Counted from the first letter of the stretch, positions 41,018-50,353 are shown. The stretch: DNA of 50,564 nucleotides from Cryobacterium sp. (GCA_025465015.1 JAODMM010000091.1:1-50564); one strand, 5' to 3'. The notes: generated by a model from the letters alone, not told the origin. Translations and numbers: made by a program.

Positions 41018-41053
41018 GCGGGTCGGTCCGCCGCAGCAGGCGGACCGACCCGC
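41018..41053 (+). other. Intra-operon stem-loop after the substrate-binding gene
   Basis: GCGGGTCGGTCCGCC/GGCGGACCGACCCGC, a perfect 15-bp stem with no U-tract; probably an mRNA-stabilising element (inference). Confidence 0.65.
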
Positions 41054-41097
41054 ACCCTGTGCTCGCAGTGATATCAGACCGAAGGAGAAAGCACGCC

Positions 41098-42630
41098 ATG
41101 CCGGACGATGCACCCACGAGGCCGATGCTGGTCGCGGACCAGATCACAAAGTCTTACCCCGGCGTGGTCGCAAACCACGAGGTCTCGATCGACCTGTACG
41201 CCGGTGAGATCCACGCGGTGCTCGGCGAGAACGGAGCGGGCAAGACGACGCTCATGGCGATCATCTACGGTCTGGCGCGCCCGGACTCCGGCGAGGTTCG
41301 CCTAGACGGGACTCCCCTCGCACTTCACAGCCCGAAAGACGCCCTCAGCCACGGCATCGGATTCGTTCAACAGCACTTCTCCCTCATCCCGACGCTCACC
41401 GTCGCGCAGAACATGGTGCTTTCGCTGAGCAACTCCGGAGAGAAGGTTTCAGTCGGCGAAGGCACCGAACGAGTGCGCGCGCTGTCCGCGCGTTACGGGC
41501 TCGACGTTCCGCCCGAAGCCCTCGTTTCCTCGCTCAGCGTGGGGTTGCAGCAACGCGCAGAGCTGCTCAAAGCGCTCGCTCGCAACGCCCGCGTGCTCAT
41601 CCTCGACGAGCCGACATCCGTTCTGACACCGCAGGAGTCGGCGGAGCTGTCCGATCTCCTCACCCGGCTCGCCGCCGACGGCGTCGGGATATTCCTCATC
41701 TCCCACAAGCTTGAAGAGGTACTTCGCATCGCCGACCGAATCAGTGTGCTCCGCCGAGGCCGCATGATCGGCACCGTGGCAGCAAAGACAGCGACCCAAC
41801 GTTCACTGGCGGAAATGATGGTCGGTGAGCTGTCGGATGCGCCGGTCGTCTCGGCGGGACATCGCCCGCGGTCTGAGACTCCGCGGCTCGTCGTCGAGAA
41901 CCTCTCCGTTCGGTCGGAGAGCAAGCGCGGCGAAGTGCACGATGTCTCGCTCGAGCTGTTCCCCGGAGAGGTGCTCGGCATCGCAGGAGTTGAAGGCAGC
42001 GGTCAGGTCGAGATGCTCGAAGCCATGGCTGGAGTGCGTCAGGTGACCCACGGCAGGATCCGGCTGGACGGCGACGACATCTCGTCTCTCACTGTCCGTC
42101 AGCGGCAACGACGCGGAATCGCGCACATCGCCGCCGATCGCCACGCCGCCGGGTTCGTCGCCTCGCTCTCCGTGGCGGACAACCTGGTGGTGCCGGTCGC
42201 CGGTGACCGACGATTCAGCCAGGGCGGTATCCTGAGGCGCGGCGCGATTCGCGACTTCGTCAAGCAGGCGATCGAGGACTTCGACATCCGCGTCGCGGGA
42301 CCGGATGTTGAGGCGGGAACCCTCTCCGGCGGCAATCAACAGCGAGTGGTCATCGCACGCGAGTTCTCGCGGCAGCCCAGCGTCGTCCTCTCTTGCTTCG
42401 CCACCCGCGGCCTCGACTTCGCCTCTATCGTTGCGGTGCACGAACGGGTGCGGGCAATGAGGGATGCAGGCGCCGCAGTGGCGTATGCCTCCGTCGACCT
42501 TGACGAGCTGATCGCACTCTCCGATCGAATCCTCGTTCTCTATCAAGGTCGGGTTGCCGGAATCGTCGATGCCGAGGGAGCGACGAGTGAGAGATTGGGA
42601 CTGCTCATGGGCGGGAGTGTGCTGACATGA
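41098..42630 (+). CDS. ABC transporter ATP-binding protein, two ABC domains (NupA/YufO-like)
   Basis: GENGAGKTT, LDEPTSVL, ISHKL, LSGGNQQ and TRGLD. Confidence 0.93.
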   Translation: MPDDAPTRPMLVADQITKSYPGVVANHEVSIDLYAGEIHAVLGENGAGKTTLMAIIYGLARPDSGEVRLDGTPLALHSPKDALSHGIGFVQQHFSLIPTLTVAQNMVLSLSNSGEKVSVGEGTERVRALSARYGLDVPPEALVSSLSVGLQQRAELLKALARNARVLILDEPTSVLTPQESAELSDLLTRLAADGVGIFLISHKLEEVLRIADRISVLRRGRMIGTVAAKTATQRSLAEMMVGELSDAPVVSAGHRPRSETPRLVVENLSVRSESKRGEVHDVSLELFPGEVLGIAGVEGSGQVEMLEAMAGVRQVTHGRIRLDGDDISSLTVRQRQRRGIAHIAADRHAAGFVASLSVADNLVVPVAGDRRFSQGGILRRGAIRDFVKQAIEDFDIRVAGPDVEAGTLSGGNQQRVVIAREFSRQPSVVLSCFATRGLDFASIVAVHERVRAMRDAGAAVAYASVDLDELIALSDRILVLYQGRVAGIVDAEGATSERLGLLMGGSVLT

Positions 42631-43781
42631 TTCGAAGGATCGGAGGGGTTATGGGATCCTTCAGCCGCCTCATGCAACATCGGCGCGGACTTGCCGAGGG
42701 CATCCTCGTTCCTGTGGTGTCGGTGGTGCTGGCACTCGTGACAGTAGCGATCATCCTGCTCATGGTCGGGGCGAACCCGCTGACGGCCTACGCCAGCATG
42801 CTCGACGCGTCATTCGGTGACCCGTACGCCGTCAGCAACACGGCGATCAAGACAATGCCGCGCCTGCTGGCTGCGATCGGCATCGCAATCGCGATCCGGG
42901 CCAACCTCTGGAACATCGGCGCCGAGGGTCAGATTTACATCGGCGGTACGGCCGCCGCGGGCGCGGTGCTCGTGCTCCCCGTGCTGCCGGCGCCGATGGT
43001 GCCGCTGGTGGCCATCGTCGCCGGCGGCATCGCCGGTGCAGTCTGGGGCGCGATACCAGGATTCCTGCGGGCCTACCGCGGCATTAGCGAGGTGATCACA
43101 TCGCTGATGCTCGTCTATGTCGGCATCCAGATCACGCAGTACCTTCTCGAAGGGCCATGGGCCGTCCCGCTCTCGACATTCCCCGCAACGGCTCCGTTCG
43201 AGCCTTACGCCAAACTGCCGGTACTGATCCCCGGCACAATCCTCAACGCGGGTATCTTCGTCGCCATAGCGGCCGTCGCGGTCACCTGGTTCCTTGTCGA
43301 TCGCACCCGGTTCGGACTCGAACTCCGAGCCCTCGGCGGCAACGAGACAGCATCGGCGTATCTCGGTATCCGGGTAAAGGGCATGATCGTGCTCACCATG
43401 GCTCTCAGCGGCGCCTTCGCCGGCATCGCTGGTGCCGTGGAGGTTGTGGGCATCCGCGGTCGGCTCATCGAGGGCTTCTCCCCGGGATTCGGGTTCGAGG
43501 CTATCGCGATCGCGCTGCTGGGGCGATTGCATCCGATCGGGATGGTCGCCGCCGCACTGCTTTTCGGTGCTTTGGACGCCGGCGGAGCCGGTCTGCAGAC
43601 CAGCGCCCGCGGCGTCAGCTCGGCCATCGTCATGGTGGCGGCCGGCCTCAGCGTCGGATATGTACTTATCGGCATGGGCGCGATGGATCGCCGCGCGAAG
43701 CGTCGCAAGGCACGCCTGGCGCTCTCCCGGGTTGACCGCCAAGACACGGCGGCGACGCCGGAAGGAAAGGTCGCACGATGA
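42627..43781 (+). CDS. Nucleoside-type ABC permease 1
   Basis: NIGAEGQ, SEVITSLML and GFEAIAIALLG. Confidence 0.92.
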   Translation: MIRRIGGVMGSFSRLMQHRRGLAEGILVPVVSVVLALVTVAIILLMVGANPLTAYASMLDASFGDPYAVSNTAIKTMPRLLAAIGIAIAIRANLWNIGAEGQIYIGGTAAAGAVLVLPVLPAPMVPLVAIVAGGIAGAVWGAIPGFLRAYRGISEVITSLMLVYVGIQITQYLLEGPWAVPLSTFPATAPFEPYAKLPVLIPGTILNAGIFVAIAAVAVTWFLVDRTRFGLELRALGGNETASAYLGIRVKGMIVLTMALSGAFAGIAGAVEVVGIRGRLIEGFSPGFGFEAIAIALLGRLHPIGMVAAALLFGALDAGGAGLQTSARGVSSAIVMVAAGLSVGYVLIGMGAMDRRAKRRKARLALSRVDRQDTAATPEGKVAR

Positions 43782-44695
43782 CACTCGACTGGTTCTCGCT
43801 GCTGCTGGTTGCCGCGATCGCGTTGGCCGCTCCGCTGCTGTTCGCGGCGCTCGGCGAGGTGATCTCCGAAACCGCCGGGGTGATCAACATCGAACTTGAG
43901 GGCATGATGCTCGTGGGAGCATTCACCGGAATCGCGGGGGCGCTCGCCTCCGGGAACATCGCGGTTGCGTTCGCCTCGGCCCTCGCCGGCGGCGTTCTGG
44001 TCGCGGCGGTGCAGGGCATCGCCTGCTTCATCTTCGGGGCTAATCAGGTAGTCGCCGGGATCGTGCTCAACATCCTGGCGCTTGGAGCCACCACGTTCCT
44101 TCTCGTGTCTGCGCTGGGTGCCGACGTGACGAAGTCGGCGGTCACCCTCGAGCGACTGCCGATCCCGATCCTCTCCGACATCCCGTACATCGGTCGAGCT
44201 CTGTTCGACCAGAGCATCGCCGTCTACCTCGCCTACCTCGCAGTCCCTGCCGTCTGGTGGCTGCTCACCCGCACACGATTCGGTCTTGCACTGAAGGCGG
44301 TCGGCGAGCGGCCGGCGGCGGCCGAATCGATGGGGGTGAACGTACTCAAGTCGCGTTGGGCCGCCCTCCTGCTCTGCGGTGCCCTAGCTGGAATCGGCGG
44401 CGGTCTCCTCACCCTCGGCGGCCTCGGAGTATTCACGCCCAACGTCACCAAGGGAATTGGCTTCATTGCCCTGGCAGCCGTCATCTTCGGACGGTGGAAG
44501 CCAGTTGGGGCCTTCGGTGCCGTGATGCTCTTCAGCCTCGTCGACGCGTTCCAGATTCGAGCTCAGGCGCTCGGTCTCCCCATCCCCTACCAGCTGCTCG
44601 TAGCGCTCCCCTATCTCGTCACCATCATCGCCCTGGCGGCATTCGTGTCCCGGATGCGGCCGCCCGCGGCGTTGGCGATCAACTACGAGAGATAA
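43778..44695 (+). CDS. Nucleoside-type ABC permease 2
   Basis: GVINIELEGMML, GFIALAAVIFGRW and LPYLVT. Confidence 0.92.
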   Translation: MTLDWFSLLLVAAIALAAPLLFAALGEVISETAGVINIELEGMMLVGAFTGIAGALASGNIAVAFASALAGGVLVAAVQGIACFIFGANQVVAGIVLNILALGATTFLLVSALGADVTKSAVTLERLPIPILSDIPYIGRALFDQSIAVYLAYLAVPAVWWLLTRTRFGLALKAVGERPAAAESMGVNVLKSRWAALLLCGALAGIGGGLLTLGGLGVFTPNVTKGIGFIALAAVIFGRWKPVGAFGAVMLFSLVDAFQIRAQALGLPIPYQLLVALPYLVTIIALAAFVSRMRPPAALAINYER

Positions 44696-44893
44696 GCGTC
44701 ACACGATCAGGGGAGAAGTAGGCCGATAGACCATGTTCCATGTTCCATGCTCCCACCGACTCTCCTTGACTCCACAATTGGGCGTGCGGTTCGGACGAGC
44801 TGACGGAACAGGAAATGCTTCTGGGAAGCTGCGATCACCGTGTGGACGGCGCTGCGTCTCCAGCGCAACGATCGTCGTGCACCGCGGTAGTAA

Positions 44894-44929
44894 CGCGGAA
44901 CGCTCCTGATCTCTCAGGAGCGTTCCGCG
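44894..44929 (-). terminator. Hairpin terminator of the SDR gene
   Basis: CGCGGAACGCTCCTGA-TCTC-TCAGGAGCGTTCCGCG, a perfect 16-bp stem about 10 bp past the SDR stop. Confidence 0.8.
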
Positions 44930-44939
44930 GTTCAGTGAG

Positions 44940-45686
44940 TTATCCGGCGATGAGTCCGCCGTCGATGACGTGCTCGGTGCCGCTGATGTAGGACGACGCG
45001 TTAGAGGCGAGGAACAGCACCAGCTCGGAGACCTCGTTGGGCTCGGCCATGCGGCGTAGCGGGACCTGGGCCGCGATGCCACCGCCGGACTCGTCGGTGG
45101 CCGCGGCCATCATCGGCGTCTTGATGTAGCCGGGGTGGATCGAGTTCACGCGGATATTGTCGGGGCCGTACTGCACCGCAACGTGCTTGGTCATGCCGCG
45201 GGAGGCGTACTTGCTTCCGACGTAGGCGAGGTTGGGCGAGCCGACTACCGCAAGCATGCCTGCGGTCGATGAGATGTTGACGATCGATCCGCCTCCGGCT
45301 TTCCTCATGGAGGGGATGACGGTCTTCATGCCGAAGAACTGGGAGTGCTGATTCACGGCGATGACCTTCAGGTAGTCCTCTTCGCTGAGCTCGACTGTTT
45401 CGGCGACCGGGCCGATGATTCCGGCGTTGTTCACCAGAACAGTGACCGGGCCGAATACTTCCTCGGCGGTGTCGACAACCGTCTGCCAACCGGCGAGTGA
45501 CGTCACGTCCTGTTTGAGGAACCGAGCGTTCTCACCCAGTTCGCTCGCGAGCTGGCTGCCGCGCTCTTCGTTGACATCAGTCAGCAGCACCTTTGCGCCT
45601 TCCGCGACGAAAAGACGCGCATGGGCCTCACCCATTCCCTGCGCTGCGCCGGTGATGATCGCTACCTTGCCCTCAAGTCTGGCCAT
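44940..45686 (-). CDS. SDR oxidoreductase (3-alpha,20-beta-HSD/FabG3-like)
   Basis: TGAAQGMG, NNAG, NISS, YVGSK and RVNSIHPG; AAGGAG RBS before ATG 45686. Confidence 0.92.
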   Translation of the reverse strand: MARLEGKVAIITGAAQGMGEAHARLFVAEGAKVLLTDVNEERGSQLASELGENARFLKQDVTSLAGWQTVVDTAEEVFGPVTVLVNNAGIIGPVAETVELSEEDYLKVIAVNQHSQFFGMKTVIPSMRKAGGGSIVNISSTAGMLAVVGSPNLAYVGSKYASRGMTKHVAVQYGPDNIRVNSIHPGYIKTPMMAAATDESGGGIAAQVPLRRMAEPNEVSELVLFLASNASSYISGTEHVIDGGLIAG

Positions 45687-46209
45687 GACACTTACTCCTT
45701 CGTGGTCGTGCGCCGGTTTCTCGGCGCCGATTGGTGTGACGGCCATTGGCGGTCACATATATGCGAACGCATGAAGTATAGGGTGTATTCCCCTCTGCAC
45801 ATCCAGACTAAAAAGTTGCTCAGTGCCATGCCACCGTGCCACTGGATACGGTCCGAAAATAGTGCTGCCAGACCAACTAAACCATGGGTCCGTCAGTCAT
45901 TGGGTCAATCTAGCCCCCAGGTTCAGTAAGCCGTGAGGAGTGCCGATGGAGGTTTCTCAGTGCAGGCAACGCCTGGATTGTCACGACATGAGGCCCCGGC
46001 CACCGGTGCCAGCTCGAGCAGCACCAGCCGGCCGGGAAAGGTGACAGGGCCATGGCCTTGGATGCTGGGCGGGGACTTCGTTCACTCAGTACCTCCGCCC
46101 TCGAAAAATAGCGGCCGTCACCCAGCCGCTCCCGAAGTCAGCCATCGCCCGATTCCGCCCTAGCATGGAAGCAACCGGAAGCAATGGCGACAGATGAGGT
46201 AGGAGCATT

Positions 46210-47094
46210 GTGACCGATTGGGACCTGCAGCTGGTTGTGCCGTTGTGGCAAGGCAGCGGCGAGCCAGGTATTGCGGAAGGTGCCGCTCGTCTGGCCGAGA
46301 TTATCGAGCCCTCGACCAATCGGCATGTCGTGAATCCGGATCTTGACAGTTTCAACGATCACAAGAACGCGAGTGACTCATTAGTTGAGAGCCACGATGC
46401 CGTCGAGGCCCACCTGGTCGCTGCATCGAACCTGTTGCAGGTCCGTTGTCAGCGCAGACTGTTGAGACTGTGCGTGGACTGCACCGTGGAAGTCACCTCC
46501 GTGTCATACATAGCCTCGGTCCATCCGGACTTGCACGTGGTGTGGATCGACGCCCACGCCGACCTGAACACGCCGGACTCCAGCCCCAGCGGGCACGCGC
46601 ACGGAATGCCGCTGCGCACCCTGCTCGGCGAAGGGCACCCGCGCCTGGTACCGACCACTACAGTGTCACCGCGGCGATGCGCGCTTCTTGGCACTCGTTC
46701 AGTGGATCCGCCCGAGCAAGCGTTCATCGACGCACACGAGTTGCCACTACTGACTCCCAAGCAACTTCAGAACGAGCCACATCGACTGGGACAACTCCTG
46801 GACCAATGGTTGCCCGACGGCGCGCCGCTCTACGTGCACCTGGACCTTGACGTTCTGGACCCGCAGGTGTGGCCGGCAGTCGCAGTTCCCGAACCCGGCG
46901 GAGTGGACATCGCAACTTTGGTAGAGGTGATCACCAGGCTCCGCACCCGGGGCGACCTCGTCGGCGTTGGCATCACCGAATACGTACCCGGCGTGGACCA
47001 TAATGCTTCCGCGCTTTGGCCGGTCCTGGACGCTTTGGGCATCGCTGTTCACGGCCGTGAAAACAACGAATTTGGAAGAGATGAGGGTGTCTGA
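46210..47094 (+). CDS. Arginase/ureohydrolase family protein (possibly decaying)
   Basis: WIDAHADLN, HGMPL and HLDLDVLDP are intact; the GGD(H/C) motif reads CVDC; AGGAG RBS. Confidence 0.8.
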   Translation: MTDWDLQLVVPLWQGSGEPGIAEGAARLAEIIEPSTNRHVVNPDLDSFNDHKNASDSLVESHDAVEAHLVAASNLLQVRCQRRLLRLCVDCTVEVTSVSYIASVHPDLHVVWIDAHADLNTPDSSPSGHAHGMPLRTLLGEGHPRLVPTTTVSPRRCALLGTRSVDPPEQAFIDAHELPLLTPKQLQNEPHRLGQLLDQWLPDGAPLYVHLDLDVLDPQVWPAVAVPEPGGVDIATLVEVITRLRTRGDLVGVGITEYVPGVDHNASALWPVLDALGIAVHGRENNEFGRDEGV

Positions 47095-47534
47095 GGTGTC
47101 ACTCGTATTGGTGATGCGCTTCACAATCTCCGTGGCGCGTTTGACAATGTGATGTGGGCTCTAGCCGCTCTGGACGGAGCCGCCCCCGTTCGGCCCAATC
47201 AGGTGCCCTTCCCCGTGACCAAGAACATGGCAGAGCGAACCGCCCGACTCAAGCGCCTGAGTCGGTCCCTTGCGTCTATCTCGCACGAATTCGGTTGCTC
47301 GAGGCCTGGGTCGACGGTATAGAACCCGAGCAGAGCATGCTCGGGCTGTTGAGTCAGGTCGATACCATCGACAAGCACCGTGGCTTGATAGCAGGCGCAG
47401 TGAACGTCGTCCTCGTTCGGATGTCTCATTTGCCACCGGGTGGAAAGGCCAGCATCGCAATGCCGACCGCGTACCTGCGATCTCCGTCGTTGGTGCTGTC
47501 TCCCGCAAATGGGCAGATCACAGAAGGAGTATGA
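47090..47534 (+). pseudogene. Frameshifted remnant of an uncharacterised 'GDALHNLR...DKHR' protein
   Basis: The frame from 47107 reads IGDALHNLRGAFDNVMWAL...VPFPV. A different frame continues ...LGLLSQVDTIDKHRGL. At least two frameshifts are needed to join the pieces. Confidence 0.55.
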
Positions 47535-47723
47535 CGCCGCCGTCATGTGCACGATGGTTGAGATCCTGCGCTGGTCCGATCTCCGTCTTTTCTTGAACCC
47601 TGTCTGGTTCCGGTGTACCGCGGAGCGGGCACGGATCAGGGTACCCCCTTCTTTGGGGTCCTCTCTTTAGAGGACATGGCCACGGCCATCGTTTACCGTA
47701 AGGGGCAGGCTGGGCTATTTGAT

Positions 47724-47798
47724 TCAGCGAAAAAGGCACACTCGTCGCGAGGCGGGGTCGCAAAGGCACGGGACCCTCTGGGTAAGCCGGTCTACCGG
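47724..47798 (+). ncRNA. c-di-GMP-I (GEMM) riboswitch
   Basis: AAAGGCACACTCGTC-GCGA-GGCGGGGTCGCAAAGGCACGGGACCC-TCT-GGGTAAGCCGGTCTACCG: GGCAnAC start, GNRA-capped P2, CGCAAA junction and 3' TACCG. It sits 20 nt before the ATG of a GGDEF gene. Confidence 0.78.
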
Positions 47799-47817
47799 GG
47801 CAAGGGATCAGGCACAC

Positions 47818-49353
47818 ATGGGCGTTGGAGCGGGCACTCCTCTAGTTCGAGGTCGGAAGTTCCTCTCCCACCGGCCGGGAGGAATCGTCGAGGACACACG
47901 ATGGCTGTTCGCGTGGTTGGCATTAATATCGATGAGCCTCCTCCTCCCCGGAATCGTGACAACAGCGCGCGGCGGTTTGTTGGCACTGGGCGTCGGAGCG
48001 GCGCTGGTGTTGGCGGCGTCCTGGATTTCCGGCTATCGACGGCGCACCGTATCGATCTGGCACGATCTGGTGGATATTGTCGGGATCTTGGGGTTAGCCG
48101 TCGTCTGCCCGGAGCCTCGCGCTATCGTGCTCGTCGTCTTCGGTTCGCTCTGGTTCCGTTCCCTCTATGGCACGGGCGGTCAAGCGGTGGCCCGCGGCCT
48201 GCTGTATGCGGTATCGCTGGGTGCCCTGTTGATAGCGTGGCGGTCATTTGACCTGGATCCGTCGAAGCCGGAATTTTCGTCATTTCTCGGTATGGTGCCG
48301 ATCATGTTTTTCACGGTGCTGATCGCGCGAAAGCACACCCAATCCCTCAGCATCAGGGAGCAGGGCGTCAATCGGGACCGGGCACTGGCGGCGACGGGGT
48401 CGTTGCTGCTTGATGCGGTCGGAAAGGCCGAGATTCTCAAGGTGGGGTGGGAGGCACTGACCGAGTTCTGTGTCGCGACGCCGGGGCTGCGGGTGATTCA
48501 AGTTCGGCGTGATGGGTCCGTCTTGACCGTCGAGGGCGCCGCCGGAGACTTCACGTTTCTCCGGGAGACCTTTCCGGCCGAGATACTCGCCGTGGACGGC
48601 GGGAACGCCCGCATCTGGGATCCTGTGCCGCTGAACAGGGCGGTGGGAACTCCCTTGATGTGGAGATGTCTGATTCTGAGCGCGGACGAGGACGATGGCT
48701 GGCTGTTAGTGGGGGCGCCGAAGTCGATCCCGGACGAGGCAATCCTCTCCATTCGCACTCTGGTCACCCAGATCGTGTTGGCCTTGAGGAACAGCCAGGC
48801 TTATCGTGAGCTCGCGGCGCAGGCCCGTATGGACGCCCTGACGGGGCTAGACAATCGTGCTTCATTCACCGAGCAGTTGTCCGAAATCCTCGACGAGTCC
48901 GTCCCACCCGATAGCCTGCACCTGATGTTCATCGACCTGGACGACTTCAAGGACATCAACGACGGCCTCGGTCACCGTGTGGGAGACGACCTCCTCATCG
49001 AGGTGGCTTCTAGGCTCCGGGACGGGATCCGCTCCGGAGATCTGTGCGCACGACTGGGCGGGGATGAATTTGCCGTGCTCTTGCGCGAGACGACGGGTCT
49101 CCACGCGGTTGCCTTCGCCACGCGCCTTCTGGTTGAACTCGCGGCGCCCTATGTGCTTGACGAACACCACGTCGGTATCGGTGCCAGCATCGGGATCACC
49201 ACGTTCACAACCGGAACTGGCCTCAAGGAACTCGTGCACCAGGCAGACATCGCAATGTATGCCGCCAAAGCGCACGGAAAGAACCACGTCGAAATCTTTC
49301 ACCCCGCACTCCTGCAAATCGATCGGAGACAAGAACCCGTGGCGCTAATCTGA
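47818..49353 (+). CDS. Membrane-anchored diguanylate cyclase (GGDEF)
   Basis: N-terminal TM helices; DALTGLDNR, FIDLDDFKDINDGLGHRVGD, and RSGD I-site five residues before an intact GGDEF; ADIAMY. Start moved to ATG 47818, downstream of the riboswitch. Confidence 0.92.
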   Translation: MGVGAGTPLVRGRKFLSHRPGGIVEDTRWLFAWLALISMSLLLPGIVTTARGGLLALGVGAALVLAASWISGYRRRTVSIWHDLVDIVGILGLAVVCPEPRAIVLVVFGSLWFRSLYGTGGQAVARGLLYAVSLGALLIAWRSFDLDPSKPEFSSFLGMVPIMFFTVLIARKHTQSLSIREQGVNRDRALAATGSLLLDAVGKAEILKVGWEALTEFCVATPGLRVIQVRRDGSVLTVEGAAGDFTFLRETFPAEILAVDGGNARIWDPVPLNRAVGTPLMWRCLILSADEDDGWLLVGAPKSIPDEAILSIRTLVTQIVLALRNSQAYRELAAQARMDALTGLDNRASFTEQLSEILDESVPPDSLHLMFIDLDDFKDINDGLGHRVGDDLLIEVASRLRDGIRSGDLCARLGGDEFAVLLRETTGLHAVAFATRLLVELAAPYVLDEHHVGIGASIGITTFTTGTGLKELVHQADIAMYAAKAHGKNHVEIFHPALLQIDRRQEPVALI

Positions 49354-49750
49354 GCGAAGCCGAACACTCGCTTAACCCGTCCTTCGGTACGTCCCCCGCC
49401 TGGTGCGATCAGTTGTCACCGCCGCCAGGTGAAAGTTCGTCTAGAGTCGTGGTTCGTAAAAGCATGCTCGTGCGCCTCATCGATCATCTTCGAGCGGCGA
49501 AAAATGCTGGAAGCCCGGGAAACCGTCGGCTGGCATCTGCTCTAGCAAGCACGGAGCTGCTTGCGACTGGCATGCCGCACCCCCCGAAACCACTACGAGT
49601 TGAGAGCGCTTCTAGCGGTACCCATCCTCACGAACGCGGACTTCCGGGCCTAGTGATCGCGCATCGGGACGGCAACGCTCCGCACTCTTAGGCCTGAGAG
49701 AAAGCATGGGCGATACGTGATTTCGCCGCGAAATTCTGCGCCTGTTACTG

Positions 49751-49792
49751 CTGGGGTACCTGGACTCGAACCAAGAACAACTGAACCAGAAT
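49751..49792 (-). mobile_element. 3' fragment of tRNA-Gln(CTG): probable att site of an integrated element
   Basis: The minus strand ATTCTGGTTCAGTTGTTCTTGGTTCGAGTCCAGGTACCCCAG comprises the anticodon loop, T-arm and 3' acceptor strand. The D-arm and 5' acceptor strand are absent. Confidence 0.82.
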
Positions 49793-49929
49793 TACGTCGC
49801 CTGACTCCCCCGCGGTTACGCGGAAGTAAGGCGCCCGAGCCACCGGAGATGTCGGTTTAATCAAAGTGAAATCCGGCGGAAAGGACGAATCGTCAGGTAG
49901 GTGTACCCACAACCCTGGCGGCACTCAAC

Positions 49930-50205
49930 GTGGCCACGGTTCGCAGCCTCCTGCTGCAGTCCTACCGACTCACGCAGCAGCACCTCTTGCGCCGCGGCAT
50001 CCAGTCCGTGCGGCACCGGGTTGACACGGACTTCGACGCACTGGTCGACGGAGACGCCGTGAAACGCATCGTCTCCTCCATGGCGAAGCGCAAAGGGCCT
50101 TACGCTCGTGCAAAACGGCAGACCGCCTGGATCGTCAATACGGTTGTGATCCTTGCCCCAGCCTTCCTGCTCCCCGCCATCACGGAGCTGATGCTCAGCC
50201 TGTGA
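49930..50205 (+). CDS. Hypothetical protein with a C-terminal hydrophobic segment (possibly a fragment)
   Basis: ORF track only, followed by a hairpin; no recognised family. Confidence 0.35.
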   Translation: MATVRSLLLQSYRLTQQHLLRRGIQSVRHRVDTDFDALVDGDAVKRIVSSMAKRKGPYARAKRQTAWIVNTVVILAPAFLLPAITELMLSL

Positions 50206-50296
50206 TACTTCGGCACAGTTCTGTGGAGTGGCAGCGAAGCCAACCCCCAAATCTTGGCGCCGACCCTTCCCGTCGCCCGGAGCTGACGTTCGAAAG

Positions 50297-50334
50297 GGGA
50301 ACGCCCCGCATCCTTCCCGGGTGCGGGGCGTCCC
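50297..50334. terminator. Hairpin between convergent ORFs
   Basis: GGGAACGCCCCGCATCC...GGGTGCGGGGCGTCCC followed by TCTTGTTT. Confidence 0.7.
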
Positions 50335-50353
50335 TCTTGTTTCGCTGCTCGGG

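Noticed and set aside
44731-44751. Heptamer repeat CCATGTT-CCATGTT-CCATGCT
   Set aside because: Only three short units with no spacers, downstream of convergent genes; compatible with local slippage and not a CRISPR or iteron array.
45750-46200. AT-richer intergenic stretch with short ORFs
   Set aside because: No recognisable RNA motif, repeat or protein family; likely divergent promoters plus degraded DNA.
47719-47817. TTG start for the GGDEF ORF at 47719
   Set aside because: It would translate through the riboswitch aptamer; ATG 47818 has an upstream AAGGGA.
49354-49750. Possible remnant EAL domain or small gene after the diguanylate cyclase, and a short ATTTCGC-C-GCGAAAT palindrome near 49720
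   Set aside because: I recognised no EAL or other motifs, and the palindrome is too short to interpret.
49751-49830. Possible complete tRNA-Gln
   Set aside because: The sequence beyond 49792 supplies no D-arm or 5' acceptor strand, so it was treated as an att fragment.
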